Of a DNA stretch of 64,000 nt, positions 11,457 to 23,363 are shown piece after piece. Position 1 is the stretch's first letter, and the number at the start of each line of letters is the position of its first letter. The DNA comes from Octopus sinensis (lineage: Eukaryota). The position numbers and the translations under genes are program-made. Location: positions 94,178,001 through 94,242,000 of the forward strand of contig NC_043005.1 of assembly GCF_006345805.1 (NCBI RefSeq), written 5' to 3'. The notes under the pieces were generated by a model that searched no databases, was not told the origin of the DNA, and saw only the letters and a list, made by a program, of their open reading frames with translations.

Positions 11457-13800
11457 CCATGAATTACTACACAAAGAAATTACTAAGAAATATAAAATTG
11501 TACCTTTTAACACACTTAGAAAACTGAACCTTGAGATTAGAGAAATAATGTTGGATTATTACCTAGAAGAAAAAACGGAACCTTATACCCCCACTAGACC
11601 GAGAATCACACTCAAGGACCATAAAGAAAACTTTCTTGGTAACACGCAGGTCAGATTGATTTGCCCTACCAAATCTGACTTAGGCAGACTGAGTAAACTT
11701 ATTCTGGATAAATATCTACCTACTATACGTAACAAGATTAAACTTAGCCTTTGAAAGAATACTCAAGGTGCACTGGATTGGTTTTCTGCCATTAAGGTCA
11801 GTGATAATAATAGAAGTAAATTCATCCAATTTGATATACAAAATTACTACACATCCATAAACCCTATTATATTAAATAAGGCTTTAATTTTTGCTAGGAG
11901 ACACACTAAATTAAGTATGGGTGAGATTAGGGTTATCTTAACAGCTAGGAAAACATTAATAGAGTTTGATAACAAACTTTGGGCTAGAAAAGACACACCC
12001 AACTTGTTCGACATCACCATGGGATCGCCGGATTCAGCGGAAGTGACTGATCTGGTTGGGATGTATTTACTAGATAACATTAGTAGGGAATTCCCTGAAT
12101 TAAAAGGAGGACTATATAGGGATGACGCTTTATTTTTGGTAAATAATACATCAAATAGGAGACTGGATCTACTGAAAAAAAGACTAAATAAATTTTTTTA
12201 AAGTTTTGGCCTATCCATAATTATTGAAAATGAAAACTATTCTGCCAATTATTTGGATGTCAATTGCAACCTTACTAATGGGATACATGAACCTTATATT
12301 AAACCCAATTCTAACTTAGTATATATAAACCGTTCTAGCAATCACCCCCCTCAAATTAAAAGAGCACTAGTGCGTAGCATTAGTCAGAGAATTTCTTATC
12401 TATCCTCAAACGGGGACATTTTAATAAGCATTGTGATAGATATAATACAGCATTGCTGAAAGCAGGATACAAAAGTAAAATATGGTATATACCCAAGGAT
12501 AATCCTTCAAATGTAGGTGGAACTATTAGGAACAACGCCAATAGATTTAGGACAAACAATAATAACTGTAAGACAAGAAAAAATAGGATATATAAAAACG
12601 CTTATGATAATTATAGAGGTGTTGTTAACCTCGGAACTGTTGACGGTAGTTTAAATAAATTAGCGCACATAAGTGATGGTAGTAATATTAATAATACGCA
12701 TATCAAAACTAATGGTAGGTATGATAATAGTAAAGTTTACTTATGTAATAATTATGGGAATATTGATAATGATAGGCATAACAATGACATTATTAAGGAT
12801 AGTAAACATAGGGGATGGTCGAGGAATAAGGTTTTTACTAAAAATAACAAGTTGATAGGCAACCCTAATACTGATAAGGATACACTATGGCTAATTATCC
12901 CATATGCATTGCAGATAAAAACAGACATAGTGAGAGCTTTGCACAATGTAATATTTAGGCATTTTGGTAAGGGTAAGAATAAATTTGGTCATTTAATTAA
13001 CAATGGAACTGTTAGAATAGGATATAGCATTACACACAATCTAGCCACCATCAATCATCTCCTCTTTTAATAACAGGAAACTGGATTACTTCTATAATGA
13101 TAGAAAGTTGAATTTAGATAATAGGAATTTGCCTCTCTATAAAAGTAGGAACAATATATCTTTTGGAGCTAACGCGAACAACCCTCTTACAAATTATGAT
13201 GGTACCGTACCTGTAAGGAAAAATATTAATGTAATGGATGATACTACTACCACCAATACTATTACTATTGATAGGAATATCGCCAATAATGATAAATCAA
13301 ATCATTCGTTGAATTTGGGATTGGATAGTAAAAATAATTGTAACACTACTAATGGGAATGGTGTTACAGGAATGTTGGCCAATGTTAGATTACCCCAACC
13401 TGTTGATAACTGTAATTTCAGAAACAGAAATAAATGTGTGTTTGGTAATCAATGCCTCAAGAGAGAGGTAGTTTATCAATGCACTGTGGATACACAATTT
13501 AGTAGTAGGGTATACATCGGAGCAACTATGAATAGCATGAAACAGAGACTTAATTATCATAGATATACTTTTAGAAATAAAAATAGGGTTAAGTGCGTAT
13601 ATTTGGGAACTCAAAAGTAAGAACTTAGATTTTAAATTAAATTGGAAAATACTAACTTCTGCACCTGTGTATAATGGAAAAAATAAAAAATGCTCTCTAT
13701 GTATTAATGAAATTTTTTTCATTATCAAAGCGGGTAGGTCTATTATTAATAACATAAATAAAAAAAAATGTTTTTGCATTCATAAACTACCGTACACTTT
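11457..13800 (+). pseudogene. PLE RT + GIY-YIG endonuclease ORF, disrupted
   Basis: PRITLKDHKENF, RLICPTKSDLG, FIQFDIQNYYTSI, ITMGSPDSAEV, GLYRDDAL, YLDV, NHPP; CN(F)RxxxxCxxxxxCL, VVYQC...YIG, CSLC..E. Stops at 11752-11754 and 12199-12201, frameshifts near 12420, 13065 and 13600. Confidence 0.9.
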
Positions 13801-15895
13801 CTCTAGATTTAAATAGAACTTAGCTTTTCTACTAGTAATATTTTAACTCCCTTCTGTATCTTATTATACTAGTAGTCTTCTACAATTTTAAAACATGCAA
13901 CTTATAAATTTATAATTTTTTATAATTTTGTGGCTACATATTTATGTCCTGTATTAATTGTTTTTTGTTTTTGTTTGTTTGTCCTGGTTTATAAGGGAAA
14001 TACACTGTAGCAAGAAAGAATATATACATTTTGGTATATAAACAGTAATATGATATTCTTGGAGTTTTCCAAAATTGCAGAGTGTGTATGAGTATCATAG
14101 TTAGATACCTGGTTTTAGATACTGTAATACTAATATGTAATAAATGAGTCTATATTGGATTTTGTTTGTTTTGGTTGAGTATATGGGTTTTTGCAGGTAT
14201 TTATTTGGCAGGCTTATATATTGTATATTTAGTGTATCTTTGTACTCACCTAAATTTGTATCTTATGCTATTTATTAATAAACCTATTCATTTACTTACA
14301 TTTGGCTTTATACATATTAGCAGTCTTATATATTTAGTCTATATTTGTACTCATCTTGATTTGTACATTATGTTATTCATCTATTTATTTATTTATTTAT
14401 TTATTCATTATCTATAGGTAAATGTTTGCATAATAGTAGCCTGTATACTAAGTTTATATATGTACTTTTTTCAATATATATATTCATTTTATTTTATGTT
14501 ATTTATTTATCTATATACTCTTTTATGCATATGTGGATATATGCATATTAGCATTACTATATATTAGGTGTACCTTTGTATTTATCTTAATTTGTTTTCT
14601 ATGGTATTTATCTATTTATTTATTCATTTATTTATTTATTTATTTATTTATATGTAGATATATACATATCCTTTAGTTATTATAATAAAATATAGATACA
14701 TGTATACTAGCTTGTACTTATATTCTCATTTTAATTTTAATTATTTCATCTTATTTTATTTTATTACATTTTAATCTTAAGTAATTACAATTATTAACTT
14801 ATGATTAATTTAATTTTTGTTATTTATTTATATACCATTTTATTGGTAAGTCCCCCACTGATGTTATTTAATGCCAAATCCTGTTAATTATTACATTTGT
14901 ATTTATGTGTCCACTGATGCTTAAAAGTATATTTATATATAAGTACTATGAATGCTTACACGCACGTCACATGTGAAAATATATGGTGTGTATGTGTATG
15001 TCTGTTGTTACGCATGAGTATACTTATGGGCATGTTGATATGAGTGTAATTCTATTAGTTCGTTGGTAAGGGTTTTGATAGATAAATATTAGTATTATAA
15101 TAACATTGTATTTATTACGTAGAGATGATATCTATTTATGCTATAAGGAGTTATTTTGTTTATATATCCTAGAATATTAGCGTATTTTGACTTCTTGCAA
15201 TTAATCTCTTATAATTTAATTATTATAAACCGATGTCAACTTAGTATATGTATATTTCTATGTCTTTTGATAGTCAAACGGAAATGTTTAATCCATACTT
15301 TATAATTTAGCGTATGTTTGAATATAACATATAGCGGTTAAGTTAGTAGATGTTTAGTTATAAAATACTATGGCTACGGAAAATACAGTGTCATATGAAT
15401 TATGTACCTTATGAAAAATTACATTCTATGTCTTGATATAATTATATGTATCTTTGCAATTAATGTTTTATGGAAATATATGAGTGGATCTTCTTAGTTA
15501 ATACCGCGGCCTTGATGTCGTTTTGGGGGTGCTGGATGTCTGCATGCATGTATGTGCAATCGGTTGGGTTTCTCTGTTTTCCATGTATATAGTTACGATT
15601 ATACCTCTTATATTATTTATTTATTTATGATTTGGCTGTGTATGTGGCTATGTATGTGTATGGGTGTATGTGTGTGTGTGTATACATATAATTATGTATG
15701 TATGTGCGCTGGATCTGTGGATGTGCGTGTGCGTATGTGCGTTTCTTGACTAACTAACCGTAAAATTTCCATTGTGATTCAAATTTAAAACTATAAGCCA
15801 ATCGAATCTATCTAGAATAATCAATATCAAGCGGACAGATGAATTAGACTTATTGATATGTAGATGTCCGCTTGCTGTACATGGTACAATCATGG

Positions 15896-15956
<61 letters not shown>

Positions 15957-16271
15957 TAATATTAATTTTATTGACTTTTTGTAGGGTTATACATTTTAAT
16001 GAACTGAACTGTTTTTTTTATTTATATATATATGTCTGCTTTAAATTTAAATGTGAGTGTACATGTATTTCCTTAATGTTAGTTATGGAACTAGGAGTCC
16101 AATATGGAAAATAACTGTGTTTGTTAATGTATACTGATATATTTTGTTTATATTGTATTATTGTATTAATGTGTATATATATATGTGTAGAATTATGAGT
16201 GTCTATGCACACATTTTTATATTTTATATTTTTATATTTATATGTAAATTTTTTTCACACTTATATTAAAT

Positions 16272-16382
16272 TCTCTGAAGAGGCCATGAGACATCCTTGT
16301 TAATGTCTCATTTATACCTGCTTTATATGGCTAATAGGTTAAATGAGACATACTTGTCCTCACGGCCGAAACAGCTGTCAGA
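16272..16382 (+). ncRNA. Hammerhead ribozyme (type I, minimal palindromic stem III, ~86-nt stem II)
   Basis: UCU CUGAAGA(16275-81) GGCC...GGCC GAAA(16368-71) C AGCU GUC(16377-79) AGA; ACAGCTGT is an 8-bp palindrome. Confidence 0.75.
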
Positions 16383-16789
16383 TATGATGTAATTGTAGTT
16401 TATATTTCTATTTCCATGTCTAGTTATATTTACAATTTATTATGTATAATGTCTTTGCTGTTATGTAATGGTGTAATAAAGTATTGATTGGGTATTATCT
16501 GATGGTTGATGATTGATTGATTTAAGTATGTTTCTCCATTTTCTCGTTTTGTATATATATATATATATATATATATACATACATACATATATATATATAT
16601 ACATATACACACACATATATGTATATATATATACATATAAACACACATGTATATATATATATATACATACATATATATATATACACATACATGCATACAT
16701 ATATATATAAACACACACATACATACATATATACACACACATACACATACATACATACATATATACACACACATACACTCACAGAGTAG

Positions 16790-16962
16790 ATCTACACTCA
16801 CGGAGTGGTTGGCGTTAGGAAGGGCATCCAGCTGTAGAAACATTGCCAGATAAGACCGGAGCCTGGTGCAGCCTTCTGGCTTCCCAGATTCCTGGTCAAA
16901 CCGTCCAACCCATGCTGGCACGGAGAACGGATGTTAAACGATGATGATGATGATGATGATGA
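16790..16962 (+). mobile_element. RTE family C 3' UTR fragment with (GAT)n tail
   Basis: Shared UTR sequence and tail. Confidence 0.85.
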
Positions 16963-17068
16963 TACATACATCTCTTATGATAAAAGGCAGATTTTCTCTG
17001 CCTGTTACCATGTTTCTTTTTAATATGATTCTACAATATAGAATTTCTTCAATTGGAATTTACCTATG

Positions 17069-17190
17069 ATGTGACAGTCCCGTAAGGGAATTACACCACT
17101 GCCATTTAGCCCTATCAAAGCCAACAGGAGACATCGATGTTTCCTAGGGCTAAATGGTGGTGGTGTAATTCCCTTACGGGACTGTCACAT
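17069..17190. repeat. Fold-back: 46-bp arms (44/46 match) around a 30-bp spacer; family related to 4118-4220
   Basis: ATGTGACAGTCCCGTAAGGGAATTACACC...TAGCCCTA and its reverse complement; minus strand of ~17115-17210 aligns to plus strand ~4118-4217. Confidence 0.9.
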
Positions 17191-17242
17191 TGTATTGACA
17201 GTAAACAACCACTATATCGCTCCACCACCGCTTATGTCTCTC

Positions 17243-17549
17243 TGAGACATTTAGAAATTTAATATTTCTAATATATATACATACATATATATACATATAC
17301 ATACACATACATACATACACATATATTTACACATATATATATAAATATACACATACATATATATACACACATACACACACACACACACACATATATATAT
17401 ACTCACATACATATAAATACACACACATACATATATATACACATACATATATATACACATACATATATATAAATGTACACATACATATATATAATTACAC
17501 ACATACATATATATATATATACACATACCTATATATAAATATACAGATA
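17243..17549 (+). repeat. Diverged direct copy of the ~4441-4762 segment (unique lead-in plus compound microsatellite)
   Basis: GAGACATTTAGAAATT(C/T)AATATTTCTAAT followed by the same order of TA/CA blocks, ending AAATATACAGATA. Confidence 0.85.
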
Positions 17550-17550
17550 A

Positions 17551-18809
17551 ATTACAGCATCTCTGCAGTAATTCCTGATGGGTCTGGGGCTTTCCCTGTC
17601 TTCATGCTTCTAATTGCCTTAACTACTAAGGAACTGTCAACTCGGATAGCTGGTCCCTCTGTTGGGTCGACATTCGGTAGACTCTCTTTATCCCATTCAT
17701 TTTCCTTATTTAGCAGCCTCTCATAATGGTGTCTCCAAACCTCTCTCTTTGCATCCTCATTCAGTGCAAGTGAGCCATCATCCATGCAAACACATTTCTC
17801 TCCTACCACATCACGATTCCCTCTCACACACTGTCTTGCAACACAGAATACCTCAAGTCTTTCGTCCTCATGGCGCAGAATATTGGCAAATTTTTTCTTA
17901 TCTGCTTCCCCTCTGGCTAAATAAAGCTGTTTCCTAGCTTCTCTTTTGGCAGTCTGATACGATTCCCTGCTACCACCACTCTTCCAGTCCTTCCAAGCCT
18001 GTTTCTTTTCTCTAATAGTCCTGTCTACAACATTGTTCCACCACCACGTTATTTTGGGTCAAGAGGGAACTTTGCACCAACCACAGATCTGGTCAGCGAC
18101 TCTCAGCAGGTTGTCCCTTAGAAACCTCCAGTTGTCTTCTACCCCATGTGAAGCTATATCCTCTTCTACTTCGTCAAAGGCTTCAAGTAATATGTCCCTA
18201 AGTCTCTGTCCATTCGCAGGATCTTTAAGCTTCCAGATCCATGTTGGTCGTCTTCTGGTCGTCCTCTTAGTCCTGATCCTAAAGTCACTAACTACCAGTC
18301 TATGTTGTGGGGTACATTCTTCGCCTGGGAAGGTTTTGGCATTTATAAGCAGCCTTCTTTCCCTTTTCCTGGCAAGGATGTAGTCAATTTGGCTGGTATG
18401 TCAGCCCGATTGGTTGGTGACTAGGTGGCTGCTGGTAGGTTTCCTGAAGTTAGTGTTGCAAACCATAAGATCATTTGCATCGCAGAACTCCAGCAGCCTG
18501 GTTCCCTCCTCGTTGCGGGGGCCATAACCATAGCCCCCATGTACACCATGGAAGCCTCCAGCATGTCGTCCAACATGACCATTGAAGTCACCAGCCACAA
18601 AGAGAAGGTCTCTGTCGTTCGTCAACGAGGTAGTCTGCAGTAGGGTGTCATAGAATCGGTCTTTCTGTCCATGGGGTAGCCCCGAATGAGGGACATAGGC
18701 CAATATAACAGTTGCTAATCCATGATGAAGCACTAATCTAATCTTAAGTATTCTGTCACTTACTCTGATTACCTCTATTACCTTATCTACCCATATTACC
18801 TTATCTACC
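17551..18809 (-). mobile_element. RTE family C fragment (APE domain to RT N-terminus)
   Basis: AYVPHSG, FVAGDFNGHVG, NEEGTRLLEFC, NTNFRK; KTGKAPDPSGITAEML. Confidence 0.9.
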
Positions 18810-19037
18810 TATGAAAGAAAAAAGGTGTTCAGAATGCTGGATGGTTGTAAAAATATATATTTATTTACATATCACATATTATTTCTTCATATTAGCGCTT
18901 TCAACTACTCCTGTAGTTTCATCTGATGAAACTACAGGAGTAGTTGAAAGCGCTAATATGAAGAAATAATATGTGATATGTAAATAAATATATATTTTTA
19001 CAACCATCCAGCATTCTGAACACCTTTTTCTTTCATA
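18810..19037. repeat. Near-perfect 228-bp palindrome, 1-nt loop at 18924
   Basis: 105 bp perfect on each side of 18924, then a 1-nt indel in an A/T run and 8 further paired bp. Confidence 0.97.
18923..18963 (+). ncRNA. Hammerhead ribozyme core (PLE-type minimal) at palindrome apex
   Basis: CUGAUGA | AACUAC-agga-GUAGUU | GAAA G-CG-CUA; palindromic AGCGCU stem III; stem I only 2 bp in register. Confidence 0.6.
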
Positions 19038-19088
19038 TGTTTTAAATCTGTACATCACCCCCAATACTTCTAATGTATATATATATAT

Positions 19089-19122
<34 letters not shown>

Positions 19123-19282
19123 ATATATATATCTATATATAATTAGTCAAAAAATGGAGAAAACAGACAAGTAAAAGGGAGACTGTATGATACATGTATA
19201 CGAACAGCCATGCTACATGGCACTGAATCATGGGCCGTGACTGCTGGTTGAAAGTCACGTTAAATGATGATGATGATGATGA

Positions 19283-19343
<61 letters not shown>

Positions 19344-19386
19344 TATATTCATATATATATATATATATACACACACACATATATTC

Positions 19387-19429
<43 letters not shown>

Positions 19430-19431
<2 letters not shown>

Positions 19432-20410
19432 TCATCATCGTCGTTTAACGTCCGTTCTCCATGCTAGCATGGGTTGGACGGTTCGACCGGGGTTCTGGGA
19501 AGCCAGAAGGCTGCACCAGGCTCCAGTCTAATTTGGCAATGTTTCTACAGCTGGATGCCCTTCCTAACGCCAACCACTCCGTGAGTGTATATATATATAT
19601 ATATTTATATATGCATACATACATGAACATCATTGTTTAACGTCTAATTTCCATGTTGCCATGTGTTGGATGGTTTAACTGAGGACTGGCTCCAGGCTCC
19701 CATCTGATCTGGCAAGGTTTCTACAGCTTGATGCCCTTCCTAATGCCAACCACTCTGTAGTGTGTGCTTTTTACATGCCACTGGCATGGGAGCCAGTCAG
19801 GTGGCCTTGGCATTGACTACACTCAGATGGTGCTTTTTATGTGTCACTAGCATTGGCATTGGCCAAACTCAAATACTTTTACGTGTCACTGGCATAGTTG
19901 CCAGTCAGGCAGCACTGGCAATAGCCATGACTATGGTTTCATTTGACCCAACAGGTCTTTTTCAGCACAGCATATTGCTCAACGATTGAAGAGTACTTTT
20001 AAATGGGCCAGTTATGCAACACTAGCATTGGCCATGGCTACGATCTCACTTGGCTTGCCAGGTCTTCTCAAGCACAACATATCTCCAAAGGTCTCCATCG
20101 CTTGTATTGCCTCTGTAAGGCCCAACATTCAAAGGTTGTGCTTCACCACCTCATCCCATGTCTTCCTGAGTCTACCTCTTTCACAGGCTCCCTCCACTGC
20201 TAGGATGTGACACTTCTTTACACAACTGTCCTCATCCATACACAATACATGACCAGACCAGTCTCTCTGCACACCACATTTGATGCTTCTTATGTCCCAC
20301 TCTTTTCTCAGAGTGCTTACATACTGGCATTACACATCCAGTCAAGCATACTAGCTTCATTTCTTTCAACCCAACACATGTCCTCAGTAGTCACAGCCCA
20401 TGTTTCAAGG
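19430..20410 (-). mobile_element. Stacked RTE family C 3' fragments
   Basis: (CAT)n tail at ~19430, second UTR copy ~19630-19980, ORF2 C-terminal remnant 19980-20410 matching 24960-25310. Confidence 0.8.
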
Positions 20411-20616
20411 AATGTGTTTGTATTGGGCGAATTTTCCAGCCGATAAAAATAGTTGCATTTCTCTCATCAGAGGTACAAGAAAATCGATTATAATAGTTTA
20501 AAAATTTGAGAACGCTTAAAATACTTTCTACTTATAGAACATGAGGTCATATCAAGTAATGCTATATTTAAAAACATACATACACACATACATACATTCA
20601 TTCATTCATACATATA

Positions 20617-21772
20617 TTGGGTCATCTCATAAATAATGCAGTTTTTTCAATTGCATGAACTAAAAGTTGGAAGGGGATGAGATAAACTACCTGCATCAAC
20701 TTGCTATAAAAGCAGGTGCTAATGTTACCTTGACTTATTCTTAGTACAAGTTTTGAAGAGTGCAGTTCGATTTTAACAGCTATTTTTTCAAAGCTATAAT
20801 GGAAGTGACAAAGGAGCATATTCAACATATTTTGCTTTATGAGTTCAATAAAGGCAACAACACAATTGAAAGTGTGAGAAATATTAATGCAGTTTATGAG
20901 GATCAGACAGTAATCATAAGCCAGCATTACTGGTGGTTCCAGAAATTCTGAACTGGCAATTACAGCCTACAAGATGAGCCACATCGTGAAAAATCTTTAA
21001 ACCTCAACGAGGATGACCTGCAAATCCTGGTGGAACAAAATCCCACCGAAACTGTTGAGGAGCCAGCAAAGAAGGTTGGATTTTGTCATTCAATCATTCA
21101 TCGATATCTACATGCCATCAGAAAAGCCAGAAAATCAGGTCAGTGGGTTTTGAGTCTAATTGCCTGCATAGAGGGAATGTGTGCTCTTCTTTGCTGCCAC
21201 ATCTCACAAATGAACCTTTTTCAGACTGAATAGTGATTGGTGATGAGAAATTGGTTCTCTTCTCTATAAAAATGTTGAGTGCTGAAGACAGTGGGTAGGG
21301 AAAGGAGAAACAGTGACACCCCAGGTTAATGAAGGTCTTCACCCACATAAAGTGTTGTTATCTCTTTGGTGGGATATGAAAGGTTTAGTCATCTTTGAAC
21401 TTTTAAACCCAAACCAAATGATAACAAAGGAGATCTACCCAAAGTTACATGAACTTGGCTGGCATCTTACTCCATCTACCATATTCTCCTGATAATGCAC
21501 CACCTGACTACCACTTGTTTTTGTCACTACAGAACTCATTGCAAGGAAAAACATGCAATGATTTAGATGGAGTAAAAATACACCTACATAACTTTTTTCT
21601 TCAAAACCAGTCAAATTTTTATGCTGATGGAATATTTAAATTGCCTGATAGAAGGGAAAATGTTATTACTAATAATGAAAATGATTCCATTGAATAAAAT
21701 TTATTGAAATGTCAATTATTTAAATCCATTTTTACATACCAAAAAATGCTCGGGACTTTCTGGACAACCTAA
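20617..21772 (+). mobile_element. Degenerate mariner (Tc1/mariner) transposon
   Basis: HILLYEFNKG, NINAVY, WFQKF, GQWV, IVIGDEK, PYSPDNAPPDYHLFLSLQNSL; TA at both ends; degenerate TIRs (TTGGGTCATC / TTAGGTTGTC). Confidence 0.9.
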
Positions 21773-21835
21773 TATATACAGAGGATGTACTCGCATAGCA
21801 AGTAATTTGATCTGAGATCGTGTGCTGAAACGAAA

Positions 21836-22116
21836 ACAATTGCAGCGTGGAAGGTGTTTATAAGCCATTTAAGAAACACACAAAAGCCGTTCGATTCACT
21901 TCAACATTTAAGTTTAATTTGTCAAAATATTTTTGTCGCTAAAATCTGCGACCTGTTCACTGACAAAGTCCGTGCTGCACGGACTTTGTCAGTGAACAGG
22001 TCGCAGATTTTAGCGACAAAAATATTTTGACAAATTAAACTTAAATGTTGAAGTGAATCGACCGGCTTTTGTGTGTTTCTTAAATGGCTTATAAACACCT
22101 TCCACGCTGCAATTGT
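21836..22116. repeat. 281-bp palindrome, 140-bp arms (139/140), 1-nt loop at 21976
   Basis: Centre GTCCGTGC-T-GCACGGAC; a single mismatch (GCCGTTCG vs CGACCGGC). Confidence 0.97.
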
Positions 22117-23322
22117 CTAATATATACATATGGTGATTAATTTGATTATTATAAACCCTTCAAAGTAGAGCCCCAGCATGACTGCAGTTCAATGATTGAG
22201 ACAAGCAAAGGAACTGAAGAAAGAAAGAATTAAAAAATATAATAAACTATTATTCCTTCACACAAATTTATTATAATTCAGTCTTAGAGTCAGAGACTTG
22301 CACACATCTTAAACCAAGATGGAGCAATAAGAATTGCTATCATTTAAACCCTCTCCTTCTACTCCTTGAGGGTCCTGGATGGGAATTGTTATTTAGATAA
22401 TAGAGTTTAAAGATTATGATGAATTTAGACTGACTCCAAAGATTCACTAGCTTCCTGCCATGACTGTAGACAATATATTCCTGGGTGTATGCATTTGCCT
22501 CTGCATGTGGAGGGGTGTTTATATGTGAATATGTGTGTGTACACACACACCTGCTCATATAAAAGCATGCAATATACACATTTTAAATACATGAAAGAGA
22601 TACGTGTGCAAATGTGTCTGTGTGTATATGTGTTTGTGTGTACATGTATGTGTGTATGTGTTTGTGTATATGCATGTGTGTGTGTATGTGTGTATGTAAA
22701 TCTGTTATTTATTGGTTAGCAAGCAAGGAATTTCTTTGGTTAATTTTTTTCAGTTTCTTTTTAAAGTTCATTCCTCCAGTCACTTATCTCTATACATGTT
22801 TATATTGCTGGGTTTTCTTTAATTTAGAAACATATGAGTTTATATGTTTGTGTGTGTGTGTGTCTTTGTACACATGATTTTGCATATGTCAACATGCATG
22901 TGTGTGTTTGTGTATGCATGATTTCCTCTCACCACCACCACCACCATCATAATAATGATCATCATCATCATTTCACAACCAGCACCATCACCAGCAGCCA
23001 TCATCATTATCATCATCGTCATCATCATTTTAACATGTACTTTCCCATGCTTACAGTCAATATGTAGAAGCAGATTTTTTTAATATCTGGATGCTCTTCT
23101 TGTTGCCAACTCCCAGCTGTTTTCAAGCAATGGTATACTTTGCCCAAATCCACAGATGTTTTAAGCAAAAATCGTGAACAGAAAGCACTGCTTGTAAGAA
23201 GGTGATGATTTTCTTTACTATCGACACATGATGTCATGACAAGGGGACAGAAACGCACAAATGCATACACACACAAATACATATATACATACATGTATAC
23301 ACACACACATATATATATATAT

Positions 23323-23363
23323 ACTAGCATTATGACCCGGCATTGCTGGGTCATAGTGCTAGT
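23323..23363. repeat. 19-bp hairpin ending in CTAGT on both strands (Helitron 3'-end-like)
   Basis: ACTAGCATTATGACCCGGC-ATT-GCTGGGTCATAGTGCTAGT; 17 Watson-Crick + 2 G-T pairs. Confidence 0.75.

Larger units (their letters stand above)
11457..16555 (+). mobile_element. 5'-truncated Penelope-like retroelement (PLE) with long AT-rich 3' region and pLTR
   Basis: PLE-type RT and C-terminal GIY-YIG ORF followed by ~2.7 kb AT-rich tail ending in a hammerhead-containing pLTR at a (TA)n tract. Confidence 0.85.

Noticed and set aside
11752-11754. In-frame TGA in the PLE ORF as selenocysteine (some Naiad PLEs are selenoproteins)
   Set aside because: It sits at the Trp of the conserved (Q)WKNT motif, so TGG>TGA is simpler; the ORF has other stops and frameshifts.
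15828-15874. SECIS-like stem-loop (10-bp stem, AUGA...AGAU) in the PLE 3' region
   Set aside because: Only ~18 nt lie between the core strands (too short for helix II plus loop), and the inverted copy reads AAGA instead of AUGA.
20440-20475. CTGATGA...GAAA on the minus strand as another hammerhead
   Set aside because: Stem II does not close next to GAAA, and no stem I or III could be formed.
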